The notes beneath the pieces are model-generated. The model was given only the letters and a program-made list of their open reading frames with translations, was not told the DNA's origin and searched no databases. From the NCBI RefSeq assembly GCF_964355755.1, contig NC_092676.1:8161888-8225887 (forward strand): a stretch of DNA of 64,000 nt, given 5' to 3'. The translations under genes were made by a program, and so were the position numbers. Shown here piece by piece: positions 34,101-46,700 of this stretch. Within the stretch, counting starts at the first letter, position 1; each line of letters opens with the position of its first letter. The stretch is from Antedon mediterranea. Taxonomy: Eukaryota; Animalia; Echinodermata.

Positions 34101-36911
34101 ATAAAATGTATAGGTGTTTTTAAAAACTCTCAGCCAATTACGAATAATATTGTTATGAACGAACTCTTATGTAGTTTTTTTAGCCACAACCTTAAAACAA
34201 GTGACGTTTGGATGTAGACGTTTCCTCATTTGTTGCTTCCCAAAAAGTGATGTGCCCATATATGGACATGATGATGTCATATCACTACCATATTTGGGCA
34301 CTTCGCACTTTCTTGTAAAACTTTGTCAAACTAGTTTGATTTTCTCGTTTGTTTCTCAGTAGTTTATCAATCATACATAAAGTCCCATTGATCGCAAATC
34401 TACCACAATAGTTTCCTATACCTATAGGAAACATTGCAGTTTGTTTAATCATTTTTCTATGAGTATTGTCCTTGCTAGCCGCCACAAGGCTAGTGACAAG
34501 GCAGTTGTGAAAAAGGTTTAGTTAAGAGGTAACTTTTGTGTTTTTAACATCAAATAAATTAGGAGTAATGATTTATGAGATTACAAGTTCGATGATGTGA
34601 TTACAAATTTGATGATGTCATTAAAAGTTTGATTATGTGGTTACAAGTGGCCGTTGATTCATCTAGCAAACCACACGTCTTTGTTTTCCTACTGATTTTA
34701 TTACATTAAAGCCAATACAAACATTACCTCCTACTACTGATACCAATTATGCATACAGTATTTGTGAATTTAGCGACTACGTACTGTATAGTATAACTAA
34801 ACGACTTCTGGAAAATTATGTTGACTTGTTGAATGTACGTGCAATAATGGAACCGGAAATATTTAATTATTGTTAAAAATAAGACAATATAAAGGAATGA
34901 ATTTAAAAATGGGAATGCGAGACAATACACCTCTATAAACGATTAAAAAAAATCAGATATGTAATATTGTACATTGAAATCATAGTAAACAATAATTATG
35001 TCGTCCGATATAGTTTTAAACAGGACCACATTAAAAAGCATTTGTAACTTATTTCTGAATTATGAAATCCTGTATATACATGTTAATAAATATCGTTCCG
35101 GATATGTAGTTTTCATGATAAACTTTTTTCCGGTACGAGATTGAAAAAACTAAGAATCAGAAAAAAATGTTTAACATTTACATACCCTGTACTGCACCAT
35201 AAGTATAAGGCCATGGCTCGGCTGCGCTCAGAGCAAACAGGCACAAGACTCCTAATAAAACAAAACACTGCATTATTAAGTATAAAATCACAGAACCAGT
35301 TATAGAATTATCCTGTCGAATAGAAAGGGCAAACCGCGAGCGAGTGTACTTAGATAGTACACGCAGGGAAGTGCCTTACTGGAGGTCCGAGAGGGCATCA
35401 ACCGACAACTGGAAGCATTTTGGTGCTAGACCAATTGCTTATATAAAGTGGGCGGGACGTTCCGTGAATATAGCAACTTGTGCTCGAAAAACACCTGTTG
35501 TCATCACAAAAATCATAATCTGGACTAAAGGCATGTACGTAAAACAAAAAATTACCATAATTAAAACAATTAATTTAATATGTTTATTATTATCTTTAGC
35601 ATCGAGACTATCTATTTCTTAAAACATGATGCATTGTATTAATAAGATCGGATTATCCTATTCATATTGATATTTATATTGATAATGTGGCGTTGATAAT
35701 TTAGGAAGGGTTGAGAGGTTATAGAAGTTACACTGAATCCCATTACTGTTAAATTTAGGTGAGGGGAGTTGTAGGCAAGATGGAATGAATTAGGTAGGGC
35801 CTATATTACGCGAATACGATGGATCAAGAAATTATTAAAATAATTAATCTTTGCCTTTTTGTGATTGATCTATGCATGGATGTACGTTGAAATCTGTGAG
35901 ATATCTATGTAGGGCGTACATTCTTCATTTCACTTACCAACTTTTTGCTATGTCAAAGTTCAAGGTAATGTTCCGGTAATTTCTTTCAATGTGTGACGTA
36001 TCTTTTGACAGATCATTTGTCTGCTTTCCAAATGTATACAGTATTTTCAAACATAATTCTATATTTATAATCGCATAATTCAGTTTTCCGCGTGATTTCA
36101 AGAGATCTGATTGGCTGTGCATTTTTTTCGCATCTTAAAAAGTACATGGGAATAAGAATACGCATGCGCATAGCAAACTCTTTCTAGTCGCGCAAAAATA
36201 CATTAAATGACATCGTAGATATGTTCCAGTTGTCATATTTACTCTTTATTCGATTAATACGAATTTTGTTCGCAAGAAAATGCAATGGAGGGTTCCATGT
36301 GTAACAGAATACATGGTAGGTCTACTGGAAATTCAAACATCAAACTTTCTGAACGTGATATTCAATCATTTGCGCACGCCGGGCGGTACTACAATTACCA
36401 AGATGTCAGCCGCATTAAAAAAAAAGAAGAAAGAAATAGCCTAAGTTAATGAAGTTCATGTTGTGGTAAATCACATTAAGTGTGAACCTCAACTGTTGGA
36501 CTACTATGTCATGTTTTTGACAGTCTTACAATTAAAAAAAGTGATATGACTGCAGATGGATTTCGAATAAGTGTCTTCTGATTGTTGGTTAATAACTATA
36601 ATATTGTTCGTTGGCTCCGGTTGCAGCAAATAAAACAATGAAGACATAGGAAAAGGGTGAAGTCAATCGGCTGGTCTGTTGGATCCCGATCTGACTATAT
36701 CCTTCCGCCATATACAATAAGGTCATCAGAAGTCCAGAGTGGACTAAAGTCGGCACGAACGTTTGAAAAGTCACATAATGAAATCATCAAGAATGATTAT
36801 CAAACCTGATGCTGACACAAAACTTGAGAAAGTTCCCATAAAGTGGAAATAATATAGGCCTACAGTAGTCTAAAGACAGGCTTAAATTGTTATGTTTAAA
36901 AGTGAATCTTA

Positions 36912-37735
36912 GGGCCTGTTTCTGCTGCAACTGCTCAAAATACGGTATAAAAATACGGTATAAAATACGGTATTTTTTATACCGTATTTTTTAGTACCCC
37001 GTTTCTGCTAACAATACTTCTTGGGTGGTCGTGTTAAATTTCATCTTTTTTACCCCAATTGCCATTCATTTATTTGATCGATAATTAAAAGTCGCAATAA
37101 AGGAAGTTTTACGTTTCACTTTCAACAGCCTAGCCCTAGTGATAGAGATGTTGTGAGAGCACAGAAAGCATCGTAATGGGGACAATTAATTCGTTCCCTC
37201 CCCGAGTTATTGTATTTTGCAATGTTGTACTGCTTTCGCAGGCTCTTCAGCTTTGAGTTTACTTGCTTTGGAGACCAGTCTATTCCATTACTCCTGCTTT
37301 ATTTTTTTAGAAATGTCTTTATAAATGTGGTTGTCCCTTTTATTACCTTTTAGTTGGCCAGAAATTTTAGCTTCCCCACACACATTTATTTAGTAAAATT
37401 GTGACGTCTTCGCTCCACATTTTCGCCGAATATATCTATACACGTGTGTAAAGCAGCTGACAGCGACAGAAATAAAAACACGAATGTTGACCTTTTGTCA
37501 TGTAAAAAAAAAAATACGGTATTTTTTATTGGCAGCAGAAACGGGTACAAAAAATACGGTATAAATTTGTAAATACCGTATTTTATCCACAAATTTTGTG
37601 GGGAAAATACGGTATACAAAATACGGTATATTTTTTATGAGCGCAGTTTCTGCTGCCAAAAATATACCGTATATATACGGTATTCAAAAAATACCGTATA
37701 ATATACGGTATTTAGTTGGCAGCAGAAACAGGGCC
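36912..37735. mobile_element. ~820-bp PIF/Harbinger-like non-autonomous element
   Basis: TIRs GGGCCTGTTTCTGCTGC / GCAGCAGAAACAGGGCC, tta/ata flanks, and many subterminal AATACGGTAT repeats at both ends. Confidence 0.75.
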
Positions 37736-38525
37736 ATATTAAAAATGTCTTAATACATACTTTTAAGTTAAATCTGTAAAATACAAATGTGGTGTTTGTC
37801 TATATGGGCCTTTTGACACATGTGAGCCCGATAAACAAAAACAGAGAAAAAGAAATAGAAATAAACCAGTATTGGTTATAAAGTTATTTAATATGAATAA
37901 CAAGTCATCGTTGCAACATACACGTGAAAGGAAAACATACAAAAAGGAACATTGGGATACTGTGAAAGGGCCAAATACACATGTCTCAAAATCGTAACTG
38001 AAAACAAAATAAAGAAGGAGATGAGGAAGGAGTTAACACGATTTTACTTAACCAAAAACTGGCGTGGTAATCCGTTGACAGCGTGAGGGTAAAGAGGAGA
38101 TACTACAAATGTGATGTTTGTCTATAGGCGTGCATATAAGTCTAGTTTTTGTTTCACTTGAGGGACATGTGATGGAGCGGACACTTGTCACAATGGTAAT
38201 TGTTTGTTTTTAATCAAACAAACAATTACCATTATCCTATATAATTGGTGGTTTTATGGTTCAACTAAAACTAGTATCGTGATATTAGATAATTTCCTTC
38301 CAAGAAGGATATATGAATGTTGATGTGGTGAGAAATCTGTTTGTGGTATACCTGCACGGGATATGTGTGAAATGCGTAATAACCATGATGAACAGTTTGG
38401 TGTGGTATACCTGCACGGGATATGTGTGAGATGCGTAATAACCATGATGAACAGTTTGGATTCTGATCTCATCTTACTCAATTCATTTACAGCATATACA
38501 CCCATGAGCTCATTCAGACCTTATT

Positions 38526-38827
38526 AGGGACTTTTAGATTTTACATCGACTACGGTATGTCGACTGCTACCGTATTACGTCATTTTTATGATCGGCGCAT
38601 GCGCTAGGCAACTGGTACGTCGACTGGCAAATTGGAGCACTTGTTCAGTGGCATTTTGACGTTCGTCCTCTGACATGAGTACTAGTGGATGTCATTACGT
38701 CATACGTTCACTGGCACGTCAACGTCAACTTAATGTAAATGTTCATATATCTGTCGACGAGAACAGTCGACTACGACCCATGTGGACGTGGCCGCCGTGT
38801 GCACGTTCATTCATTCTAAAAGTCCCT
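38526..38827. mobile_element. MITE with TIR AGGGACTTTTAGA
   Basis: Inverted termini agggacttttaga / tctaaaagtccct with internal gtcgact repeats. Confidence 0.65.
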
Positions 38828-41582
38828 GTTTACCCGGGTAAGTCGGTTAGTTATCGCTAAATTTGGTTTACCCGAACGAACTGGCCCACAAAATGTCGGA
38901 TTATTTTGTACCTACTGTCGAGGTTTGTAAACTTTATTTTAGTCTAATACCAACTACATTTATGTTATAAATTCTGCAACATAAAAGTTCTTTAGTATTA
39001 CAAACCAATTATTAAATATTTAACAATAGTTTTTAGACTCTAAAGTTCAAAGAAAGTAGCACAAAGCAGAGTAGCTGGACAAATTGAATTGAATAAATAC
39101 ATCCGAGTGTACTTTGTATTTGATGGAAAGTGAACAGTCATTCAATTCAGTGTGTTAACCCTTAAATAACGAAAGGGTATTCAGAGTATGGTGCTATCTT
39201 TTTCAACCTCTACTGTCCTTACAATAATAGGTTGTATAAATTTGATAACGCATGATATTTGGTATTTGATTGGTTAACTTCCTATCAGTTCCGCTCAATA
39301 GTAGTCCTATTGCACGGTAAACGTGCTATACTATGTAATAGTTCTAATTTAAAGTTTCAAGTGGGTTGTGTACATTCGAAAACCAACTCAAATATGCACC
39401 CTATCGTATATACCTGTATAACGTTTCAACTCCGCGCCCAAAATTGGAAGGCATGCCTTTTTAAAAGTACCCCATTTATAATATGTATTCGTTAAATAGC
39501 AGAATATTGATTTACACGGCTCCACCTTATTGAATAGGCCTACTATTGTCACTATTCAACTCAACATTCATTATTATTATTTCATTATTAACAATTACAC
39601 AGTACATTATTTTACTTATGAGAAAGATAATTGTTTTAAAGTTCTGTCTATTCAACCATTTTTTGATCACCTTTAATAATTCATAATTCTTAAAGTAGCA
39701 TTATATTAGAACAATCAAGTTGAGAATTTCACACGGGTTAATAGGTCTATTTTACGAAAACCTTTATGATACAAGCCAAATCCTATTTTCAACAAGGCAT
39801 TAATAATTAATTCACAAGAGACGATAGAAATTACCAATATATAGGAAACATTAACATAAAGAGTAAACTAAAGGTCCGTATAAGTCGCCATATATTGACT
39901 CGGGATCGGATGTTTGATTCTCCAGAGTGAATTGTTCAAAAAGGTTTAAAAAATCTGCTATAACAGAACAAAGTTTACCTATCATACGAGTATCAAGAGT
40001 TTTAATAAATTAAACGCGTGCTCAACAACGTTACATTAAGATTTCTTTTATAGATCCGACTGCTTATTGTTTCATGCACAGAATTGCTAATTATGGCGCT
40101 CCGTAGTTAACGAACGTTACCGTGAAACTTTCAGCCAATCCGGAAGCAATTATAAATCGTGTATGCACGCAAGTGTATTCGTTTTGTTTAGGGTATCAAT
40201 TTGATTGGTAATGATTGTCTGGGATTATAGTAAACACCCGGTTAATGCACTGTTTCAGAAAATGTATAATCCATACACGTCACATGGATGGAAAAAATAC
40301 AGAAGTTTTTATAGGCCTACTATAAATAAGACTTACCTATCATTTTTAGATTCAATATGGCGGGAGAGGGATAAGGTTGGTACCCGCTCTGGGCAGGTAT
40401 CTTTATTTATTAGCTAGTTTGACTTTTTTTAAATAAACAACAATTTTTTTAAATAAAAAAACCCAAACAATTGTTTCAAATTGATTGCGTCATTGTTTAC
40501 GTCACTTTACCGCCAATGGTGACAATAAATAAGTAGTACTTGCATAATATTGTTTTTTAGTCTCATAACCTTCTGCATGTCGTCATCGTATACGCCACCT
40601 TCCCCACAAACACCTCAACAAAAACAGGAACGACATCAAAGAATAATACACACAGGTACAGTGAGACTACAGGGATGAGTTATAACATATAACTTATCAT
40701 TGCAATTTTATGTAATTAAACTCCTCCTTGCCAATGACATAGCTTCATATGACCAACATAATTTTGGTATTATAATCATTAACAACGCCATTGTCGCGGC
40801 CACAGCCTCCACAGACGCGCATCACCACAAAGACAATTGCAGTAATTACGTATAGTACGAAATAATTACGAATACTACTGGTTAGTCAAAACACTTTATA
40901 TTTAAAACCCGAATCTTTATATTTTTCTTCCATTATAATAAATATTGTGAACAAAAAATATACATAATGCAAACAGAAAGTAAATAGCATACATCATTTT
41001 GCTTTCAGAAGTAATGAAATGTGTGGGTTTCCTAATTAAAAAAAAAAGAAAGATAAAATACACCTTTTATCAGGTGATGTCATCTGGCGTTCCATAAACA
41101 AATCATCATTTTCTAAATCCAAATATAAGTTACATAAAAAAACTTTCAGGAAATTGGTTGGGTGTATTAGAAACGAGAACATATTATTGGAGAACAACAT
41201 CTTTTGTTTCTATATAGTATTCTGTGTATAGTTTGTTACTTTCGTCAAATTTGTTATTGTTATTTAATTGCACATTCTGTAAAAACTAAAAAGTACAATT
41301 CGATTATATCCAATATACTAGATAAAATATTAGACAAAATCTAAATAATAATGTAAAACACAAAATGGCACATAAATAACACAGTAGAACCCTATCATTT
41401 GGGACATCCAACCCTATTCGGGGGAAGGGGGGGGGGGGGGCACTGTGAAAGTTTACAATGAAACGTTCGTGGGGCTGTGGAAATGATGTTTTAACCTATT
41501 CAGAGGACACCCCTGCTGTGGACAATTTGTTTGGTTCTTTTAGTAGGATTCTGTATTTGAAAATCAAACAAGACAAGACTAA

Positions 41583-41707
41583 AACTCTGTCTACACTATC
41601 AAACTTTATGTGACAAAAAATGGTAGTAATATGACATCATCACACTACCATAGTTTGGCACATAGCACCTTTTTTTGTCAAACTAGTTTGATAGTGTAGA
41701 CAGAGCT
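41583..41707. mobile_element. Intact copy of the AGCTCTGTCTACAC MITE family
   Basis: aactctgtctacactatcaaact...agtttgatagtgtagacagagct, flanked by taa on both sides. Confidence 0.75.
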
Positions 41708-42475
41708 TAAAGGATACGATTTAAAATCATAAATACTAAAAAAATACTTACTACAATTTAATCAACATAACAAAATACAATGGCCGTATAATTATATTAA
41801 AACTTCTTGTAGTAGTTTTGTGGGAAAGTGTCCCCTTAGGGGTGTCCAAAAGATGGGATACTACTGTATACAATAATATAGAGATTCATTAAATCCAATG
41901 GAACCAAATAAACAACAGATTTCTTCATATAAAACCGTCTAATTGCACATAAAAAGCACCTTGTTATAATCCACAGAAGAACTTCAATAATTTTGTCAAC
42001 TATAATTGTTATATAAGTTAGGTTAAAATATATAATACATTGTTCCTACTCTAATTATTTGTGTCAATTGATATCAAGGTGTAGCTTTTCTAAAGGGAAT
42101 GACTTTATTATAATAATTATTACCGCAAACGTTACATCAATAAAAATATATAACAAAATACTATTCTTTAAAAAAAAAACTTATATACATTTTATTCTTA
42201 ATTATACAATATAATGTTATGAACTCTCTTTTACATTTTGCAAAGTAAAAGATAATTTAACTAAAACACAAATAAGGTAATAATAAATAAAAATACTGCA
42301 GTCTAATTCATTTTTTCATTTACGCTATTTTTCAGAAATAAGGTTCTCGATGCATATAACTAAAGTTCTTCTACGTGCAAAAGCTTCATATTATTTTATA
42401 TAAGTTCACAAAACAACCATATCGTAAATCAAACAGTTTTTCATGTAAATATTATATGAAAATGTCATAAACTAG

Positions 42476-42479
42476 TGTG

Positions 42480-42512
<33 letters not shown>

Positions 42513-42833
42513 GTATATATATATGTATATATATATGTATATATATGTGTATATATATATGTATATATATATGTATATATATATGTGTATATATATATGT
42601 TTCACTACAACTATAATACTATATCACCATCAAAATAAGATTTTAAAAGAATATAATAACATTTAATTAGATTTTTCAAACAGTGTCCAGTTTATATATG
42701 TATATATATATATGTATATATATATGTGTATATATATATGTTTCACTACAACTATAATACTATATCACCATCAAAATAAGATTTTCAAAGAATATAATAA
42801 CATTTAATTAGATTTTTCAAACAGTGTCCAGTT
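42476..42833. repeat. (TA/TG)n microsatellite plus a ~140-bp direct duplication
   Basis: atgtttcactacaactataatactatatcaccatcaaaataag...cagtgtccagttt occurs twice, each time after a TA/TG run. Confidence 0.85.
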
Positions 42834-43364
42834 TTAGTAGTTAAAAATTCAAGGTATCCAATGGAGTTCTAAATTGAATTGTTCTTTTAAATTGATTTAA
42901 TCAATAAATAAATTTGTGATTTACTTTTTAGATTTCCTGAACATACAGTTCGCTATTTAAAATCAGATTTGCCCAATATACAAAGAAATATTTATTTTGT
43001 ACTATAAATTCCTCCAAGAATTGCGCTTAAATACATACACCTTGAGTTGCGATGTGTGAGCAGAAAACAGACGTTGCTGAGCATGATTGAGATACATGTA
43101 GTATTTATCATTATCCTTTATTACATCATTATCATGAGGCAGTTATGAGTTTCATACAAGGTTTCTATCACCATTGCTTCAGACTGGTGAGTTTTTACTT
43201 CAAACAGCAATTCAAATCTTAGTTGGGTTGCAGCTGTACAACTGCGTGCAACTCCTATTTTCTAGTTGCTTTTGGTTGCACCACAATCTACAGTATTGTC
43301 ATTTATCAGTTTGAGTTAGTAATCATTGAAATCAGGTTGCAATGGGGACAATACAAGACATATA

Positions 43365-43640
43365 GCCACTTTAGCTCTTTGTTTTTCTAATGGTAACATA
43401 AGCTTAGCTTAGAAAATGACTTCTTGAAATAGGGGGTTAATGTGAACACCAAGAACCAGCCACTAATAGCTCTTTCTTTTTTGAATGGTCACATAACCTT
43501 TAGCTTAGAAAATCATTTCTTGGAATAAGTGTTACTTTGAAAAGCAAGACCCAGTCACTATAGCTCTTTGTTTTTCAAATAGTGACATTAGAGTAGCTTA
43601 GAAAATCATTTCTTGAAATAATGGTTACTGTGAACAGCCC
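43365..43640. repeat. Three diverged ~93-bp tandem copies in the 3' UTR of the large minus-strand gene
   Basis: cact.tagctcttt...ttagcttagaaaat...ttcttg.aata...tgtgaaca repeated three times. Confidence 0.7.
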
Positions 43641-43708
43641 TAGACACTTTGTTTTGGAATGTCTATCACATGGAAGTTTAGTTTATGACAAGAAACAAAC
43701 ACCATTAT

Positions 43709-46700
43709 CTAATCAAACGGTGAACTAACAAAGTTCCACAATTTTGATAGAGCTGAATCTTCTTCCATATTTGATTCTTCTTCAGTCCTTTCCTTCTCTT
43801 TCTTTGTAGGGTTTTCATCTTCGTTTGATACCTGTCCAGGAACAAGGCTTGCCATTGATCCCTGATCACCAGTTCCATCTGAGAATTTAATTCCAATAAT
43901 AAATTTTAGAAATTAAAAATCGGTCCGTTGATATCTAGGCAGAATACATACCTAGAAAGATTCAATCAAGAAAGATTTAACAAAAATCAATAATGACGTA
44001 AATTAATATAAAATAAATGTTTTACCTGTATCTGACTTTTGTTGATTTTCTTCTAAAACTGTGCCCTTTGACCCCATGACAGGTGACAATTGTGCTTCTT
44101 CCTGACTAATATTTTTAGTATCTCTTCTTTCTACCTTTTCCTGTTGATCTAAGGGTATGCTTGTCTTCTACAAAAAAAATGAATTATTTTCTTTAGGAAT
44201 TAAATGAGATCCACCCTCTATTATTTTTTTAGCATTCACAAATGTACTTCTTTTTTTTTTATTTCTGTATAAAGATAATACAAAAAAACAGCAAAAGCTG
44301 AAAGCATTGTATGTACATATTAAAAATAAAACATTATGGGCTGGAAAATCAATAAAATATTAAGCAACAATAAAAACCAAATAAAAATACCATTGAAAAA
44401 AATACAGACAATTATGAGATCCTATTGCACAAAGAGGTAATAAATTATTTGTTTAAAGCTTATATAAGATTTATTATTTTATTATTTTTAGCTAAAATCC
44501 AATTTGAGAATAATGCTTTAATATATATAATTTAACTATGAAGTTTATTTACAAATTGCACTAAAGTTGGTATGGGTGACATCCTGAGTTTTAAATTTAG
44601 GTATTTTAAGCTAATGATTAGATCTTAATGCTCTTGAAGGTTTGTAATACGGGGGAAGCAAAACAGTGAAACCTTTGGATTTCAACAGCCTATTGCCAAG
44701 TGTAGGAGTATATCTCTTCAAAGCCTCTTTGATTTGGACTTGACTGGCACCATTATTAGTGAAGTCATGATGACTGTGGCAGATTGTACGCTGCATTCGG
44801 ACGTCGCAAGAAATTGGTCTAAAAATAATTTTCTAATAAACTAAACATAGCCAAATGGATACATTTTATTTGAGAGGTGTACCTGCTTGAATGGCATGAT
44901 TATCAGTTATATTAAGTAGGATGAGATACAATAACAAATTCCGAGTTTGTGCTACTCTAAAATATAGATTGTCTCTATGGTATATGTACATGGTTTCAGA
45001 TCATTAGGAAATTTATAATTCAGGATATTATTATTATTAATAAAAATCAGATGGCATGCCACTTAATAATTAATATCTTTGATTAATTATATTAAACAAA
45101 ACAAAAAGTTTGTAATTTATATTTAGTAGCTGTTCATAAATCCCAACAGTGCCACGTATAAATTGGATAGCATAATAAATAAAGGATAATAAAGGAAACC
45201 CCATTGAAGTCACAGAACCAATGGCAAAAGAACATTAACCTCATATTTATATTTACACGTGAAATTCACATGTTAAGACGATTCCTTCCTTTTAATGCAG
45301 TGGCTATACAACTATGATTTCCTCAATCGGAGGGTCAAATATATCTAATTATCTACTGCTTTCAGACTTAACCTTTTGACCCCAAACATTATGAAGATCA
45401 TGGAAAAGAAATCATTTTTATAAAACCATATTTAGAATCAAATTTACGAACTACAATAGCAAGAGATAATTAAAATTCTTTTTTAAAATCTTCTCCTACT
45501 AAACGACTTAGTTGGTAATACGATGTTCAGATGTAGGCCAACCGGAAATTACATGATACCTTGATGGTATTATTTGAATGAGAAAAAAAATGAAACCATT
45601 ATATTTAACATAATTTATTTATAGCTTGCAAATGGATTTGCAAATGGTTAGTATAAAGCACAACCCTTCAATGGGATACTCCTATTAAGGGGACACTCTC
45701 CTATAAAACAAACATTACAAGGGTAATTATATGTTTAACAGTTTAACACTAAGGCCAACCACTATTCCAGGAGAAACCCCTAACAACGGAACATCTTGTT
45801 AGGTCCTGAAGGTGTTCCCTTAATTCTGTATTTAATCTTTTTTCATTTCCCTTACAATCATTTTCATTATTTTTTATACAATTTTTAATTTGTACAAAAG
45901 ACAACAACCGACAACAACTGAACTATAAAAATAATTCGAGACATGAGAAAAAAATTCCAATAAGGATCCAACTAAGGTCCCTTGGCTCTAAAACTGCTAC
46001 GAAGTTACAGATTATGGCATAAAACTAATTTTTAATAATTGAGTTTTGTACTGATGATGTAAAAGGGCAATTGGCTGTCTAGTTAACATCGTCCTTGGCC
46101 TGTTTGCTACTGAAGTGGTGCAATATTAGGGCGTGTAGTATCGCTTAGTCTATCACAACTTTCCCAAGAGGCCGATCTGGCGATAAAACTATTGTTGGGT
46201 TGATTGGTGCAGTGTTGAGAAAATTCACCAATAATATATCAGAATTTACGGCAAACAACAAATGGGAGAGAACAGTTTTGGGAATATAAACAAATTGTAA
46301 TAGTTAATTCTTCATCTTCATTTTTATGAGTTTCCCCAATCATCATGTTGATTATCACAGAACTAGTCAGTGTGGTGGCAGTATTCACAGCTGGTTTCGG
46401 GTTTAGTTTTGATTATTCAAAAGGAGAACTCTAAAAAGCCTATATTGACTTTATTTATCTAGATAGTATTATTATAGGTAGGTAATCATAGTGATTAGCA
46501 TGTATAGCATAGTAGTACCAAATACCTAATGAGTGTATTTGCTGAATGGTAAATTAGGAATCATTTTTTAATCAATGTGGTACCACACTCTAAAATCAAT
46601 GAACTATGATATAGTGACACAATCACAGGTGGCCAATATATAAATGCATATAATCAGTAACACACATGTGTTTTTATCAAGGAAATGTAACTAAATACAT

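Noticed and set aside
36540-36860. Coding-looking stretch next to the Harbinger-like element
   Set aside because: Stops in the frames I read and no recognisable domain; possibly a decayed transposon fragment.
43705-43896. ORF MELNSQMELVIRDQW as the terminal exon frame
   Set aside because: The upstream exon ends in phase 1, which selects the other frame (DGTGDQG...SSPFD*).
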